Positions 1 to 11,074 of a DNA stretch of 64,000 nucleotides are shown piece by piece (position 1 is the stretch's first letter; each line of letters starts with the position of its first letter). The stretch is from a virus (Duplodnaviria > Heunggongvirae > Uroviricota > Caudoviricetes). The position numbers and the translations under genes are program-made. The stretch lies in the IMG/VR virus record IMGVR_UViG_3300045988_149282, positions 32,001-96,000 of that record. The stretch is one strand, 5' to 3'. The notes below the pieces were generated by a model. The model was not told where the DNA came from and searched no databases. It worked only from the letters and a program-made list of their open reading frames with translations.

Positions 1-3000
1 CTGGCCTGATCTATCAGGAGAAAAATGCTCGTATCACCGCCGATGCTGCGGAAGCGAGTGCGCGTGAATCCCTGCAGACTGAATTCAACAGAAACAAAGC
101 CTCTGTTGCAGAAGAGCTGCATACGCTGTCCACTGAACAAGCTTCCCAGGCAAGCAAGATTACCGGGTTGCAAACAAGCCTTGGCCAGAAGGCCGATGCC
201 AGTGCAGTACAGACAATTTCCCAGAAGGTTGAAGAGCAGGGCAACACCCTTAAATCACAAGGTGCGGCATTGTCTACGCTGGATAATCGCGTAGGAAGTG
301 TTGAGTCTGGTGTATCTGCGAATAGCAAGGCGATCACGGGTCTGCAGTCGACCGTAACCCAGCAGGATAAAACCCTTAGCAGCCAGAGTGAAAGCATCAC
401 CACCCTGAATAACTCGCTGAGCGATATCCAGAGCGATACCGATACTGCCAAAAGCAACCCGAGTAATTTGCTGGTTAACGCCTCCTTTGAGCGTGACCTG
501 GCAGGGTGGTCTGCAGGGAACAGCGTATCCAATGTTATCAAAGCGAGCGCGCCCCATTCTGGTAGCAAAATTCTTGTTTGCGCCGCTGGCACGGTGCAAA
601 TCACGCAATCTGTAAGCGTCGTCGAAGGGCGGACATACAAGCTGTCCTCTTTTGTGCGGTGCACCACTGATGCGGTGATCAGCAGCCCTGGCAACAACAA
701 ACTGCGTATTGGCGCGGCTACGTTGCTCAAAGAGATTCCGATCCGTCCGGAGAATCTGCCCAAAGATGAAACATGGAAGGAGGTCTCTGATACCTGGAAG
801 GCGACGCTGACCGGTAAAGTTGACGTATCGATCATGTCTTCTCTCAAAACCGGTTCTCAGTACTTCGATGATGTTGGTTTTGTTGACGTCACTGATGCTC
901 TGGCGATTGAGGCGAACGCCAGTGCCACCAATGCTTTGACCTCTCGGGTATCGTCTGTTGAGGGCACCATCACAAGTCAGGGGCAACAGATCACTTCGAT
1001 GCAGAACAGTATCAAGAACAAAGCTGACGCCTCAGCTGTGACTAATCTGGCAAACCGCGTAACTGCTGCCGAAAATCAGATCTCCAGCCAGTCCCAGAGC
1101 ATCACCAGCCTGTCAAATTCGCTGGATAACGCCAATGCTGATGCGGATGCCTCGAAAGCGATCATCGGCAACATGCTCAAAAACAACTCTTTTGAACGTG
1201 GTTTCGAAGGTTGGGAGTATGTTGGTTGGACTCTGCTGGAGGCCCAAAACCCCAAATCGGGGAAATACATCATCCAGGCGGGCAAACTGGCCTCTGGCGG
1301 TGACTCGGGCTGCAACCAAACGATCGAGCTGCAGGCTGGCAAGACTTATCGTATCGGCGCATGGGTTCGCAAATCCGCTGACTTCGCGATTAATAATGCC
1401 GGCAACAACAAAATTAGCCTTCGAAACGCAGATCTTACGCCAATAAAGGATATCCCGATCACTGGCGCCGGGCTGTCGACGAACTGGGCGCTTATTAGCG
1501 GCGAGTATACGCCAGCCAAAACCGCGAGCGTGGTTGTGTCTCTGCGCGCAAGTGTCGCTTCAGGCTATATGTATCTCGATGACGTCTTCTGCGTTGACGT
1601 GAGCAATGAGAAAGCGATTGATGCGACGTCCAATGCGTTATCAACCCTCAACAGCACCGTGACCCAGCAGGGAAAAGACATTACGTCTAACTCCAACAGC
1701 ATCACTTCGCTGTCAAACCAGATGGTTAACGGCCGCCAGAACATGTGGGTGCGTAGCGTATACAACGTACAACTGGCGAACAATACCACTGAGCCGACCT
1801 TTAGCGATATCAACGGTAAGGCGCCAATCTCGATCGATGAGGTTCCTGACGCGGCAAAACTGGACTTTGCGAGCGCCGGCAGTTACGTGATCGCGCATTA
1901 CAAAGCCTTCGTGAAAGTCAATGCTGATACCACCATCACTATGGCACCAGGGTCTCGTGTTTTTGATGATACGGGCGCCGTGTACGTGAACGGTGTTAGG
2001 GTTGCCTTTGGTAATGCGAGCTGGAATACGGTTAGCTTTGATCTGAAAGCTGGCTGGAGCACGGTTGAGTTCTTGGTGAACCAATGGACTGGTCAGGCTT
2101 ACATTAACCTCGGCTTTAAACTGTCCGAGAAGGTAGCCCAGCTGAATTCTGCTCTTGGGATGAACGCGCTTTCGAATGCCATTAGCGCCGTCACCTCAAA
2201 CGTCAGCACCGTAGGTGATCGCGTCACGAGCACCTCGCAGAGCGTTACTGATCTGCGAAACAGCCTCGAACAGACCAACGCTAATCTGGCGAATAAGGCA
2301 GATGCACAGGCGCTGTCTACGCTGCAAAATACGGTCTCCAAGCAGGGGGATACGATTTCCAGCCAGGGTAACAGCATCACGAACCTGAATAACACCCTGA
2401 CCGCTGCCAGAAACTCCGGTGACAACCTGATCCCGAACTACGATTTCCTGCAGGGTGCAACTGCGTGGGATATCCAGTATCCGGCGGGCGTCGCTTTCGG
2501 CAACTTCGGTGATGGTAAGGCTGGGGTTAAACTGAACCGGACGACCACTACCAGCCCAGGCATCTTCTCCAACAACAACAAGCCGCTGCCGCTTAATGGT
2601 CAGCGCAAATATCGTGTTGTGGTTAAAGCCAAGGGCGTGTCCGGGGCGATGAACATGTTGATCCGGCGCCAGAACAAAATCGGCCAGACCGACAGCAATT
2701 ATGAAGATAAAAACGTCACACTCACCAGTGAGTGGCAGACCATTACCTGGGAAACTGGGCTTACTGCCTCTAACGCTGATGGTCAGAACTTTAAGCTTTA
2801 TGCGCACCCGGCTAATGCCGAAATCTGGGTTGATACCTTTAAGGTCTTTGATATCACGGATGAGGTGAAGATCAAGGCTAATAGCGATGCGCTGTCTACG
2901 TTGTCGAGCACGGTGACACAGCAGGGTGACAAGATCACCAGCCAGGGCAACAGCATCACTAAGTTGACCAATGACCTCGAGGCCGCTGACGCAAACATCG

Positions 3001-6000
3001 CGAAAAAGGCCGATCAGTCGGCAGTCACTACGCTGACAGGTCGGGTAGAGAAGACGGAGTCCGGTCTGACGGCGGCGAACAGCAACATTACGTCGCTTAG
3101 CAGCTCTCTGAGCCAGCAATCCAAACGCGGCGCTAATCTGCTTCCTGATGGCACTTTTGAAAGCTACGCGGTTGGCCATAATCTATCAAATAATCGCGTT
3201 ATCGTTACCACTGATGACTCTCACGGTGGAAATAAGTGCATCCGTGTGACGCGTCCGAACGACTACAACGCCAACGCAACAGATAACAGCGATAACCATA
3301 TTTTTAGCGGATTTCAGGTTCGCGATAACGCAGTGTTCTACATGGAGTGCTGGGTTAAGCTGGATGCCAATAGCACAGCCATGGCCGAGAACACGCAGAT
3401 CTCTATCGGTTTGTCGCTCCAGTATCAGGATAACTCGTGGCAGTGGCCGGCAGTAACTAAAGCTGCGAAAGATCTGTCTACAGCTCAATGGACGAAGGTT
3501 TCTGGTTACCTGAAATCAACGAAGAGCGGTATTAAGCAGGCAATGGTGAGGATTTCTATTCCTAACGTTAGCAGCGTTAAGGCGGGAAACTCATTCCTTA
3601 TTGATGACCTGGTCATTACCGAAGTAACTGATGCCTACAATGCGCAAAGTACAGCAGATGCTAACGCCAATGCGATTTCGACACTGGACTCGACCGTTTC
3701 CCAACAGGGCGACCAGATCACCAGTCAGGGTAACAGCATCACCAAACTGACAAATGACCTGGCAACGACCAATAACAACGTCAGTAAAAAAGCGGATCAG
3801 AGCGCTTTAAGCGTGTTGTCCGGGCGCGTCGATCAAACAGAATCGGGCTTATCCTCTGCGAATAGCAGTATCACTGCGCTTAATTCATCTGTACGCGCAG
3901 GGAATGCGACAAGTGGCGATTTGATTAGCAACCCGACATTTGACCCAGAGTTTAGTCAGATGGGCTTCACTGTGGTTCCCAGCTCGTCTGAGGGCGTGCC
4001 AGCCAATTGCCCATACGCTTATGTTGCACGCATTGCGGCTCGCGACCATCACCCAAATTTTGCTGCTATTCCGGCGACATTGGGGGATGTCTATGAAATG
4101 TCTGCTCTCGTCGCGTGTGGCACTGGCTCCGCTGATTTCAACCTGTATCTCGGAACCGCAACACGGCCAAGCGGCAGCGTGGGCGCGCCTCTGTCATCTG
4201 GCGGCAACCGCAAGGCGTCGGCCACATGGCAGCGAGTAACCTGGCGTTTCAAAATTACTCAGGGGATTGTCGATCGCGGCTTCTTCCGTCCATTCCTGCA
4301 AATCAACCAGTCCAGCCCGTTCGGCACCGTCTGGTATGTGACCGACTGGCATCTGCGGAACGTAACCGACTCCTCCAAAGTTCAGGATTCTCTCGATGCT
4401 ACGGCGAAAGCGGTTGATTCGCTGACCTCTACGGTAAATCAGCAGGGGGAGAATATCTCCAGCATTGGTACACGTACTACCAATCTTGAGAATAATTTGA
4501 GAACAACAAATGCAAACGTTGCTCAAAAAGCGGACGCCAATGCTCTGACGGCACTGACCAACCGTGTTACCCAGACCGAAAAAGACATTAACTCAACGAG
4601 TTCTTCTGTCACGAATCTGAACAACAAGGTTGATGCAATTTCTGTCGGCGGTACAAACCTGATCAAGAACTCCGGCGATATGACCGGCTGGTCGAACGTT
4701 GTCAGCGATACGTATCGTGGTAACGCGGTAATTGGCGCAACTGTAAAAGCCGGCTCCGGTTACAGGGATTTGCGGGAAATCACGCTTGAGTCGCCGGTCG
4801 ATGCAGGTGAGTACGTTTACAGCTTCTATGCGAAAGGCGGTGTTGCTGGCCAGATTATGACGGCGTTCTTCTACAATCCGAACACTACAACGTCTATCGA
4901 GACCAGCCAGGGTGCGAAGGGTAACAACAGTGATGGCCGTGCGCAGTTCACGCTGACCACTTCATGGGCCCGCTATTGGGTTAAGTGGAAACAGACACCT
5001 ACCACGAGTACCAAGCGCCTGATTCTGTGTCGTATCGAGAGCAATACCTCCAAAGACCAGACGGTGTACATCAACAGTCCGAAGTTTGAGGTAGGTAACG
5101 TTGTTTCCGACTGGAACGAGTCTCCGTCTGATAGTGCCAGTGCGTCGGCTGTGGACTCGCTGACAACGAAAGTGAATCAGCAGGGCACTTCCATTAGCTC
5201 TATCGGAAATCGCACCACATCGTTGGAAAACGGGTTATCGACAGCTCAAAACAACATTGCCAAGAAGGCTGATGCTTCTGCATTGCAGGATCTCCGGAAC
5301 ACGGTGACATCTCAGGGTGATGATTTAACCGCGGCGAACAGCAGCATTACCAGCCTGCATGCCTCGATGAACCGTCGCACTGTGTTTACTGTCACTGCAC
5401 GGGGTAATGGCAACAGCGTTACCCATGGGGTGTTTGATGAAAGCGGCAAGAATCTGTTTACCCCTGGTCGCAGCTGGGCGCTGGTCACTTTTGCAAAACA
5501 CAGCGACGGATCAACGGTGATTGCGACCTCCAAAACATACGATGTCTTTGGCAGCGCGAATAATGGCGCCACGATGTCGGCTGATATCGAGGCACTGGCC
5601 AGTGGGACTTACGTTTGCGTCCTGACATTCGATGAGCCAACTGGCAACCGAGGTAAGGTGTTGTCTGCCCTGGAATCTCTTGGTGGCACTTCCGAAGTCG
5701 TTAACTCTCTGCCGTATCGTGGCGCCTACATTCTCCTTGGCCGCAAAGGTATGAAGCCGGGCGATGGTCTGGAACTGCGTGCGCCAACCGGTGGCGACGG
5801 CACCGCCCACATTTCGACCTCAGTCGAGTTTGTGAACGGGGTAATGATGGGGCTGGGCGCCGCTGGTGGTGTGATGATGAAGGCTGATGCGAACGCATCT
5901 GCAATTACCACGCTCCAGAATACAGTGAAGACCCAAGGGGATAATATTGACTCCCTGAGCTCCTCGACAACAGCGCTGGAAAACAGCCTTGCGTCCAGTA

Positions 6001-8456
6001 ACGCCAGCGTGGATGCAGCAAGCCAGATCCCCGGTAACCTGATCGTAAACCCGTCTTTTGAGCGTGGTACGGAGGGCTACACTGGTTGGAGCGGTATTGC
6101 CACGGTGGCAACGCTGCAGGTTCCACATCTTGGCACCAAAGCCGCCAAACTAGCGGCGGGTGGTTCTGCAGGCGTGGGCCAGAAGATCTCCTTCAAAAAG
6201 GATCGGTCGTACAAAATTGGTATTTGGGCAAAGCAGGACCCTAATACCACCATTCAGTCGACCGACAACACAAAATTCCGTGTGGCTGACGGTACTGGCC
6301 TGATTGCAAGTAAGGTTTATGGTCCGTTCACCTCGAACTGGCAGGAGGTGTCATGGACATGGAAGGCGACAAAGGATGTCCTTGCTGACGTTCAGTTCAC
6401 TGCTTTCTTGTCAGCCGGCGCGATGTACTTTGATGATTTTTACGTCGTCGATGTGACCGACTCAGTTGAAACTCAGGCGAACTCGAGTGCGATCACGAAG
6501 CTCGATAGTCGTGTGACCAAGACAGAGAATGACATCACCAGCCAGGGCAGCCAGGTTACGCAACTTAAGAATGACCTTGCTACCACAAACACAAATGTTT
6601 CGAAGAAAGCGGATGCAGCTGCGTTAACGGCATTAACGAACCGCGTCACGCAGAATGAGAAAGAAATTGGAACCCAGAGCAGCCAGACAACTTCGCTCAA
6701 AAACTCTTTGAGCACTGTTCAGGCAATGGGAAGCAACCCGTGGTTTGATGGTTCTCTGGAGACGTACTCCGAAAACCAGCAGATCAGCGGCTCGCGCGCG
6801 GTCGTCGTCAGCTCTCAGAAACGAAGCGGAACGAAGTCGTTGCGTGTTTCCCGCGGCGCCGGTGAGGGCGGAAACAGCGATAAAACCATCGGTAAGTGGA
6901 TTGCTCTGCGTGAAAATGCGGTATTCCGCATTGAACTCTGGGCGATGATGCCGGCAGATCAGTCGCCATCATCCGGGTGGTCAACGCTCGTTGGTTTGCA
7001 GACCCAAAACGCTGCCAACAACAATAACTGGCCGACGGCAATCACTATCAATGAAGCCGCATTGGGTGCAAGAGGCGCATGGAAGAAATTCACCGGTACG
7101 CTCCGTGTAGCCGCTGGCCACACTCGCGGCGCATTTTGGGTATCTACCCGCGGCACAACTGGCACTGGTACACCGGGGTATGATCTGTATATCGATGACG
7201 TTGTTGTCACCGATATCACCGACGCAAAAGAGGCTCAAGATTCGGCTAATTCGAACGCATCCGCGCTCACCAGCCTTACCTCACGTGTTACCAATGTAGA
7301 AGGGCAGGTGACATCCCAGGCGTCTCAGCTGTCCTCTTTGACGTCCCAGGTGAATGATGCGTCTTCGAAGGTTGATCAGATGGCGCAAACCATCACCAAC
7401 AACGAGAAAACGCAGTCGTCGCTGAATACCAGCTTGCAGTCGCAAATTGATGCGCAGGCATCGGCAAACATCAAGAACCAGACGGAGTTGAATAACGCCA
7501 CCACTTCGATGGCGGCAATTAAATCAACTCAGCAGACTCAGGCCACAACGATTAGTGCACTGTCTCAGCAGCAAACGAATTTAACGGCCCAGGTAGGAGG
7601 CCAGTCAGCCGAGCTGCAGGAGCTGAAGAAAACGGTTGTTGAAAACGGCAACGTTAACAGCACCTGGATGGTCAAAATGGAAACCAACAGCAACGGTAAA
7701 AAGTATGCTGCTGGTATAGCTTTAGGTATCGATGGCAAAAATTTGCAGAGCCAGTTTCTGGTTCAGACTGATCGCTTCGGCTTAATCAACACCTCTAACG
7801 GGAATACGACTACACCTTTCGTTATCGAAAATGGCGTTGCGTATATTAATGCCGCTGTCATTAAAGATGGCTCGATCACCAATGCGAAAATTGGAGGCGA
7901 AATCCGTTCTGACAATTTCGTTAATGGTTCAAATGGCTGGAGAATTGGAAAAGACGGTAGTTCACAGTTCAACAATGCGATATTCAGAGGTCATATTGAA
8001 GCGCGCAGTGGTACGTTCAAAGGAACCCTGGAAGCTCAAAACTTTATTGGTGATATCGCTGTAGCTCGGCGTTATGCGGGTTTATCGTTCCGTCGTAACA
8101 ACACCGTACAGCGTGATGGTCGTTACCAGAACCGCGGATACGGTATGACTATTGTGCTAAGTTGCACCCTGATATATCAGGTTACTGGGGGGAATGAGGA
8201 TCGTAACGGTTATATTGTTGAAATGACATTTAACGTTGGCGGTCAGGAGGCAACTCGCAGTTTCCCGATCAACCCGCGAATGAATATGGGCTCCTACTCG
8301 ATGGAGTTTCGTTTTGCAGCGGATATTCCAGGCAACTATGACAACGTCCCGTTCTTTGTAAGAGCACGTGGTCGGGATGCTACTTGGAACTACCAGTGTT
8401 ATGTAGAAAACATCACTGCCACTGCTTTCCGTACAAACAGCAACTCATTCAGCTAA
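1..8456 (+). CDS. Giant tail fiber protein, 5' end probably outside the window; coiled-coil segments alternating with carbohydrate-binding-module-like domains
   Basis: Single reading frame ending at TAA 8454-8456 and still open back to nt 3 with the same repeat pattern. About 8 recurrences of heptad-like A/S/T/Q-rich stretches followed by an N-x-S-F-E-R-G-x-E-G-W type signature. C-terminal fiber-tip-like region. Confidence 0.8.
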   Translation, partial: GLIYQEKNARITADAAEASARESLQTEFNRNKASVAEELHTLSTEQASQASKITGLQTSLGQKADASAVQTISQKVEEQGNTLKSQGAALSTLDNRVGSVESGVSANSKAITGLQSTVTQQDKTLSSQSESITTLNNSLSDIQSDTDTAKSNPSNLLVNASFERDLAGWSAGNSVSNVIKASAPHSGSKILVCAAGTVQITQSVSVVEGRTYKLSSFVRCTTDAVISSPGNNKLRIGAATLLKEIPIRPENLPKDETWKEVSDTWKATLTGKVDVSIMSSLKTGSQYFDDVGFVDVTDALAIEANASATNALTSRVSSVEGTITSQGQQITSMQNSIKNKADASAVTNLANRVTAAENQISSQSQSITSLSNSLDNANADADASKAIIGNMLKNNSFERGFEGWEYVGWTLLEAQNPKSGKYIIQAGKLASGGDSGCNQTIELQAGKTYRIGAWVRKSADFAINNAGNNKISLRNADLTPIKDIPITGAGLSTNWALISGEYTPAKTASVVVSLRASVASGYMYLDDVFCVDVSNEKAIDATSNALSTLNSTVTQQGKDITSNSNSITSLSNQMVNGRQNMWVRSVYNVQLANNTTEPTFSDINGKAPISIDEVPDAAKLDFASAGSYVIAHYKAFVKVNADTTITMAPGSRVFDDTGAVYVNGVRVAFGNASWNTVSFDLKAGWSTVEFLVNQWTGQAYINLGFKLSEKVAQLNSALGMNALSNAISAVTSNVSTVGDRVTSTSQSVTDLRNSLEQTNANLANKADAQALSTLQNTVSKQGDTISSQGNSITNLNNTLTAARNSGDNLIPNYDFLQGATAWDIQYPAGVAFGNFGDGKAGVKLNRTTTTSPGIFSNNNKPLPLNGQRKYRVVVKAKGVSGAMNMLIRRQNKIGQTDSNYEDKNVTLTSEWQTITWETGLTASNADGQNFKLYAHPANAEIWVDTFKVFDITDEVKIKANSDALSTLSSTVTQQGDKITSQGNSITKLTNDLEAADANIAKKADQSAVTTLTGRVEKTESGLTAANSNITSLSSSLSQQSKRGANLLPDGTFESYAVGHNLSNNRVIVTTDDSHGGNKCIRVTRPNDYNANATDNSDNHIFSGFQVRDNAVFYMECWVKLDANSTAMAENTQISIGLSLQYQDNSWQWPAVTKAAKDLSTAQWTKVSGYLKSTKSGIKQAMVRISIPNVSSVKAGNSFLIDDLVITEVTDAYNAQSTADANANAISTLDSTVSQQGDQITSQGNSITKLTNDLATTNNNVSKKADQSALSVLSGRVDQTESGLSSANSSITALNSSVRAGNATSGDLISNPTFDPEFSQMGFTVVPSSSEGVPANCPYAYVARIAARDHHPNFAAIPATLGDVYEMSALVACGTGSADFNLYLGTATRPSGSVGAPLSSGGNRKASATWQRVTWRFKITQGIVDRGFFRPFLQINQSSPFGTVWYVTDWHLRNVTDSSKVQDSLDATAKAVDSLTSTVNQQGENISSIGTRTTNLENNLRTTNANVAQKADANALTALTNRVTQTEKDINSTSSSVTNLNNKVDAISVGGTNLIKNSGDMTGWSNVVSDTYRGNAVIGATVKAGSGYRDLREITLESPVDAGEYVYSFYAKGGVAGQIMTAFFYNPNTTTSIETSQGAKGNNSDGRAQFTLTTSWARYWVKWKQTPTTSTKRLILCRIESNTSKDQTVYINSPKFEVGNVVSDWNESPSDSASASAVDSLTTKVNQQGTSISSIGNRTTSLENGLSTAQNNIAKKADASALQDLRNTVTSQGDDLTAANSSITSLHASMNRRTVFTVTARGNGNSVTHGVFDESGKNLFTPGRSWALVTFAKHSDGSTVIATSKTYDVFGSANNGATMSADIEALASGTYVCVLTFDEPTGNRGKVLSALESLGGTSEVVNSLPYRGAYILLGRKGMKPGDGLELRAPTGGDGTAHISTSVEFVNGVMMGLGAAGGVMMKADANASAITTLQNTVKTQGDNIDSLSSSTTALENSLASSNASVDAASQIPGNLIVNPSFERGTEGYTGWSGIATVATLQVPHLGTKAAKLAAGGSAGVGQKISFKKDRSYKIGIWAKQDPNTTIQSTDNTKFRVADGTGLIASKVYGPFTSNWQEVSWTWKATKDVLADVQFTAFLSAGAMYFDDFYVVDVTDSVETQANSSAITKLDSRVTKTENDITSQGSQVTQLKNDLATTNTNVSKKADAAALTALTNRVTQNEKEIGTQSSQTTSLKNSLSTVQAMGSNPWFDGSLETYSENQQISGSRAVVVSSQKRSGTKSLRVSRGAGEGGNSDKTIGKWIALRENAVFRIELWAMMPADQSPSSGWSTLVGLQTQNAANNNNWPTAITINEAALGARGAWKKFTGTLRVAAGHTRGAFWVSTRGTTGTGTPGYDLYIDDVVVTDITDAKEAQDSANSNASALTSLTSRVTNVEGQVTSQASQLSSLTSQVNDASSKVDQMAQTITNNEKTQSSLNTSLQSQIDAQASANIKNQTELNNATTSMAAIKSTQQTQATTISALSQQQTNLTAQVGGQSAELQELKKTVVENGNVNSTWMVKMETNSNGKKYAAGIALGIDGKNLQSQFLVQTDRFGLINTSNGNTTTPFVIENGVAYINAAVIKDGSITNAKIGGEIRSDNFVNGSNGWRIGKDGSSQFNNAIFRGHIEARSGTFKGTLEAQNFIGDIAVARRYAGLSFRRNNTVQRDGRYQNRGYGMTIVLSCTLIYQVTGGNEDRNGYIVEMTFNVGGQEATRSFPINPRMNMGSYSMEFRFAADIPGNYDNVPFFVRARGRDATWNYQCYVENITATAFRTNSNSFS

Positions 8457-8512
8457 CATGGCGCCCCTTTGGGGCGCCCACTAAACCGTATTAACTCAAG
8501 GAAGAGTAAATT

Positions 8513-9952
8513 ATGGCAATGTATGAAGTTGGCACCATAACGGGTGCTGCAAACCAGGCAAAGGTTACAGGTATTTCCACTAAGTGGTCGGAGACCGCCC
8601 TGGGTATTCAAGAGGGTTCGATTCTTGTCATTTATCGCAATGGAAGTGCCGATCTGTATGCCATCAAATCCGTTAATAACGACACTCAACTGACCCTGAC
8701 GAGAAACATTACAACAGCTTTTTCTGGTGCGAAATATGGAATTATCACATCAGAAACAGCCAGCACATCGTCTTTTGCTAATCAACTCGCCAGTGCATTC
8801 ACTCTGTGGCGTAATGTTGTCCAGGGGTGGTCTACAGCACTAACAGGTAGTGGCAATATTACAATAACAGACCCTTTAACGGGTGTATCTGTGACTGTTC
8901 CAGCAATTTCAGGAATGGCGAAAGCGTCCGATCTCACAGCACTTAGCAACTCGCTGAAAGATGTAGCGAAGACTACAACGGCAAACACATGGACGCAGGC
9001 GCAGACGTGGAACGCAGCATCTACGTTTAAAAATAACCTTACGGTGAACGGCACTTTTACAGTAAATGGGAATTTCTACGGCAAGCAGCTTGCTGGAGGC
9101 CACATAGAGTTAACAGGGGCGACCCCTTATATCGACTTTCACCACGGCAACACCACAACAGACTACACACATCGAATTATTACTGAGAATGGGGCATTGG
9201 CTGTTTATCCGGGCTTACGCGTCCGTGGTGGATTGGGGATTTATGGTGTAGCTACGCAATACGGAGATCAGTACGGGCAGGGATTTATCACCCGTCTTAA
9301 CACAGATCCAGGTAACGTAGCTAACGGCACAATCATTGCCTCTCCACGCGTCACAACTAGGTTCAACACTCGCGGCAGTGACACAAATGTTGACGGCGGA
9401 CAGGGGGCCATGTGGTTTGAGGAGCAGGTGGGGACGAACCATAGGCTGGTATTCATGCTTGGTGGTTTCAGTCAGCCTGTCCAATATTGGCACCACTTGC
9501 CTGATGGGCGGATCTATAGTAGTTCTCGCGGCGATGTTGCATTTAACGGGACGTCCGACGAACGGTTGAAACATAGTATAGAACCGACTGACGGCCATTT
9601 GTCAGTCGATCGCATTCGTCAGCTTGAGCTGGTGACGTTCGTCTATAACGATGACGAGCAGGAACGAGTACGCCGCGGGATTATTGCGCAGCAGGCTCAG
9701 CTGGTCGACAAACAGTATGTTAAGCAGATTAACACATCGTATATTCTCAACGGTGAGAAAGTGGACGATGACCGTCTGCAACTCGATAATAACGTTATTC
9801 TAATGGATACATTGGCGGCGGTTAAAGTACTGATTCAGCGAGTTGAAGAACTTGAGAATAAACTTAACTCATCAGAAGGGAGCGACGCCATAAATACAAA
9901 CCAGAATACCTTCGATACAGGCGTGGCCATGAGAAGTGAGCAATCAAATTAA
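8513..9952 (+). CDS. Tail fiber/tailspike protein with C-terminal intramolecular chaperone (peptidase S74-like) domain
   Basis: ATG 8513 with AGGAAG ribosome-binding site. C-terminal SDERLKHSIEP...coiled-coil signature typical of self-cleaving chaperone domains of phage fibers; HxH-containing fiber region. Confidence 0.75.
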   Translation: MAMYEVGTITGAANQAKVTGISTKWSETALGIQEGSILVIYRNGSADLYAIKSVNNDTQLTLTRNITTAFSGAKYGIITSETASTSSFANQLASAFTLWRNVVQGWSTALTGSGNITITDPLTGVSVTVPAISGMAKASDLTALSNSLKDVAKTTTANTWTQAQTWNAASTFKNNLTVNGTFTVNGNFYGKQLAGGHIELTGATPYIDFHHGNTTTDYTHRIITENGALAVYPGLRVRGGLGIYGVATQYGDQYGQGFITRLNTDPGNVANGTIIASPRVTTRFNTRGSDTNVDGGQGAMWFEEQVGTNHRLVFMLGGFSQPVQYWHHLPDGRIYSSSRGDVAFNGTSDERLKHSIEPTDGHLSVDRIRQLELVTFVYNDDEQERVRRGIIAQQAQLVDKQYVKQINTSYILNGEKVDDDRLQLDNNVILMDTLAAVKVLIQRVEELENKLNSSEGSDAINTNQNTFDTGVAMRSEQSN

Positions 9953-10042
9953 TTCAATTCGTATGTAAGTGCTTACCTACAATTAGTTTCTAATTTATGA
10001 TATAAATCTGCCATCCGATTTGACTTATTCATGGAGGAAGAC

Positions 10043-10366
10043 ATGTCAAACGAGATGGCAGGCGTGACGCCAGAGCAGGTGGAGCGCATTGCCGCAATTG
10101 TTGCGCGAGAAGTCGTAGGAAAATTAAGTAAGGAGCTTCGCGATGATATTGGCCAGGAGGTCAACGATCAGCTGCGAACCTACTTTGGCGATATGACTCC
10201 GGCGCAACATAGCATTCAGCATTCCAACCTGGACAAACTTCTTAATCGGCTCGACACGATTTCAAGCGGGTTCTTTGGAGGCATTATTTCCAAGATTACC
10301 TCGTTCCTGATCACCGTGCTGCTTTTGGGTTTGGCCGCTTATGGCGTGAAAAATGGACTGCAATAA
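10043..10366 (+). CDS. Holin-like small membrane protein
   Basis: GGAGGA ribosome-binding site before ATG 10043; about 107 aa with one C-terminal transmembrane helix; first gene of the lysis cassette. Function inferred from position. Confidence 0.4.
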   Translation: MSNEMAGVTPEQVERIAAIVAREVVGKLSKELRDDIGQEVNDQLRTYFGDMTPAQHSIQHSNLDKLLNRLDTISSGFFGGIISKITSFLITVLLLGLAAYGVKNGLQ

Positions 10367-10379
10367 CAGGAGAACAAGG

Positions 10380-11072
10380 ATGAGTACTCCAAGAGGCATT
10401 CGTAACAACAACCCTGGCAACCTGGATAAAGGGTCGCCGTGGCAAGGGTTAGTAAACAACCCGTCGGAACCGCGGTTCTGTACTTTTAAAGACCCCGTAT
10501 GGGGGATTCGAGCACTGACAGTAACGCTCATCACCTACCATGATAAGCGCCGTGCAAAAGATGGCTCCAGCATCGATACGATCCGCGAAGTCATCGAGCG
10601 TTGGGCGCCGCCACACGAAAACAACACCGCCGCCTATATCAATGAGGTTTCTAAAGCCGTTGGCGTGACGCCGGACATGATCATCGATCTGCATGACTAC
10701 AATACTATGCGGCCGCTGGTGGAGGCGATTATTCGTCATGAGAACGGTCGTGGCCCTTTGAAAACACTCAACAGCTGGTATTCGGCCGAAGTTATTGACG
10801 AAGGTATGCGTCGCGCCGGCGTCGTTAAACCGGTAACTGCAGTGAAAGCCGTACCTGTCACGAAAGAAACTGCAGGCGCAACGGTGACTGCAGGTATCGG
10901 TATTGCGCAGCTGGCGGACGTAATGCCGCAGATCTCCGTTGCGATGGATAAGGCCCAGGGACATATTACCAGCGGGGATACCGTTCGCATTATCTTCGGT
11001 ATTGCGACCATTGTTGTCGCCGGCTTTATTGCCTGGTCGCAAGTTCGTAAGCATCAGGCAGGAGTGGTGTAA
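10380..11072 (+). CDS. Putative endolysin/cell-wall hydrolase with C-terminal membrane anchor
   Basis: AGGAGA ribosome-binding site then ATG 10380; N-terminal RNNNPGN motif region; hydrophobic C-terminal tail; sits between the holin-like gene and the spanin pair. Catalytic family not recognised. Confidence 0.4.
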   Translation: MSTPRGIRNNNPGNLDKGSPWQGLVNNPSEPRFCTFKDPVWGIRALTVTLITYHDKRRAKDGSSIDTIREVIERWAPPHENNTAAYINEVSKAVGVTPDMIIDLHDYNTMRPLVEAIIRHENGRGPLKTLNSWYSAEVIDEGMRRAGVVKPVTAVKAVPVTKETAGATVTAGIGIAQLADVMPQISVAMDKAQGHITSGDTVRIIFGIATIVVAGFIAWSQVRKHQAGVV

Positions 11073-11074
11073 CC

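Noticed and set aside
14-8456. Numerous antisense and out-of-frame ORFs (for example 14-847, 255-986, 2196-3179, 5511-5810, 6959-7219) inside the giant fiber gene
   Set aside because: All lie within one long, internally repetitive coding frame on the + strand and lack ribosome-binding sites; the repeat-rich sequence gives long shadow frames.
10031-10366. Longer form of the holin-like ORF starting at ATG 10031
   Set aside because: The ribosome-binding site GGAGGA lies inside this extension and is correctly spaced for ATG 10043.
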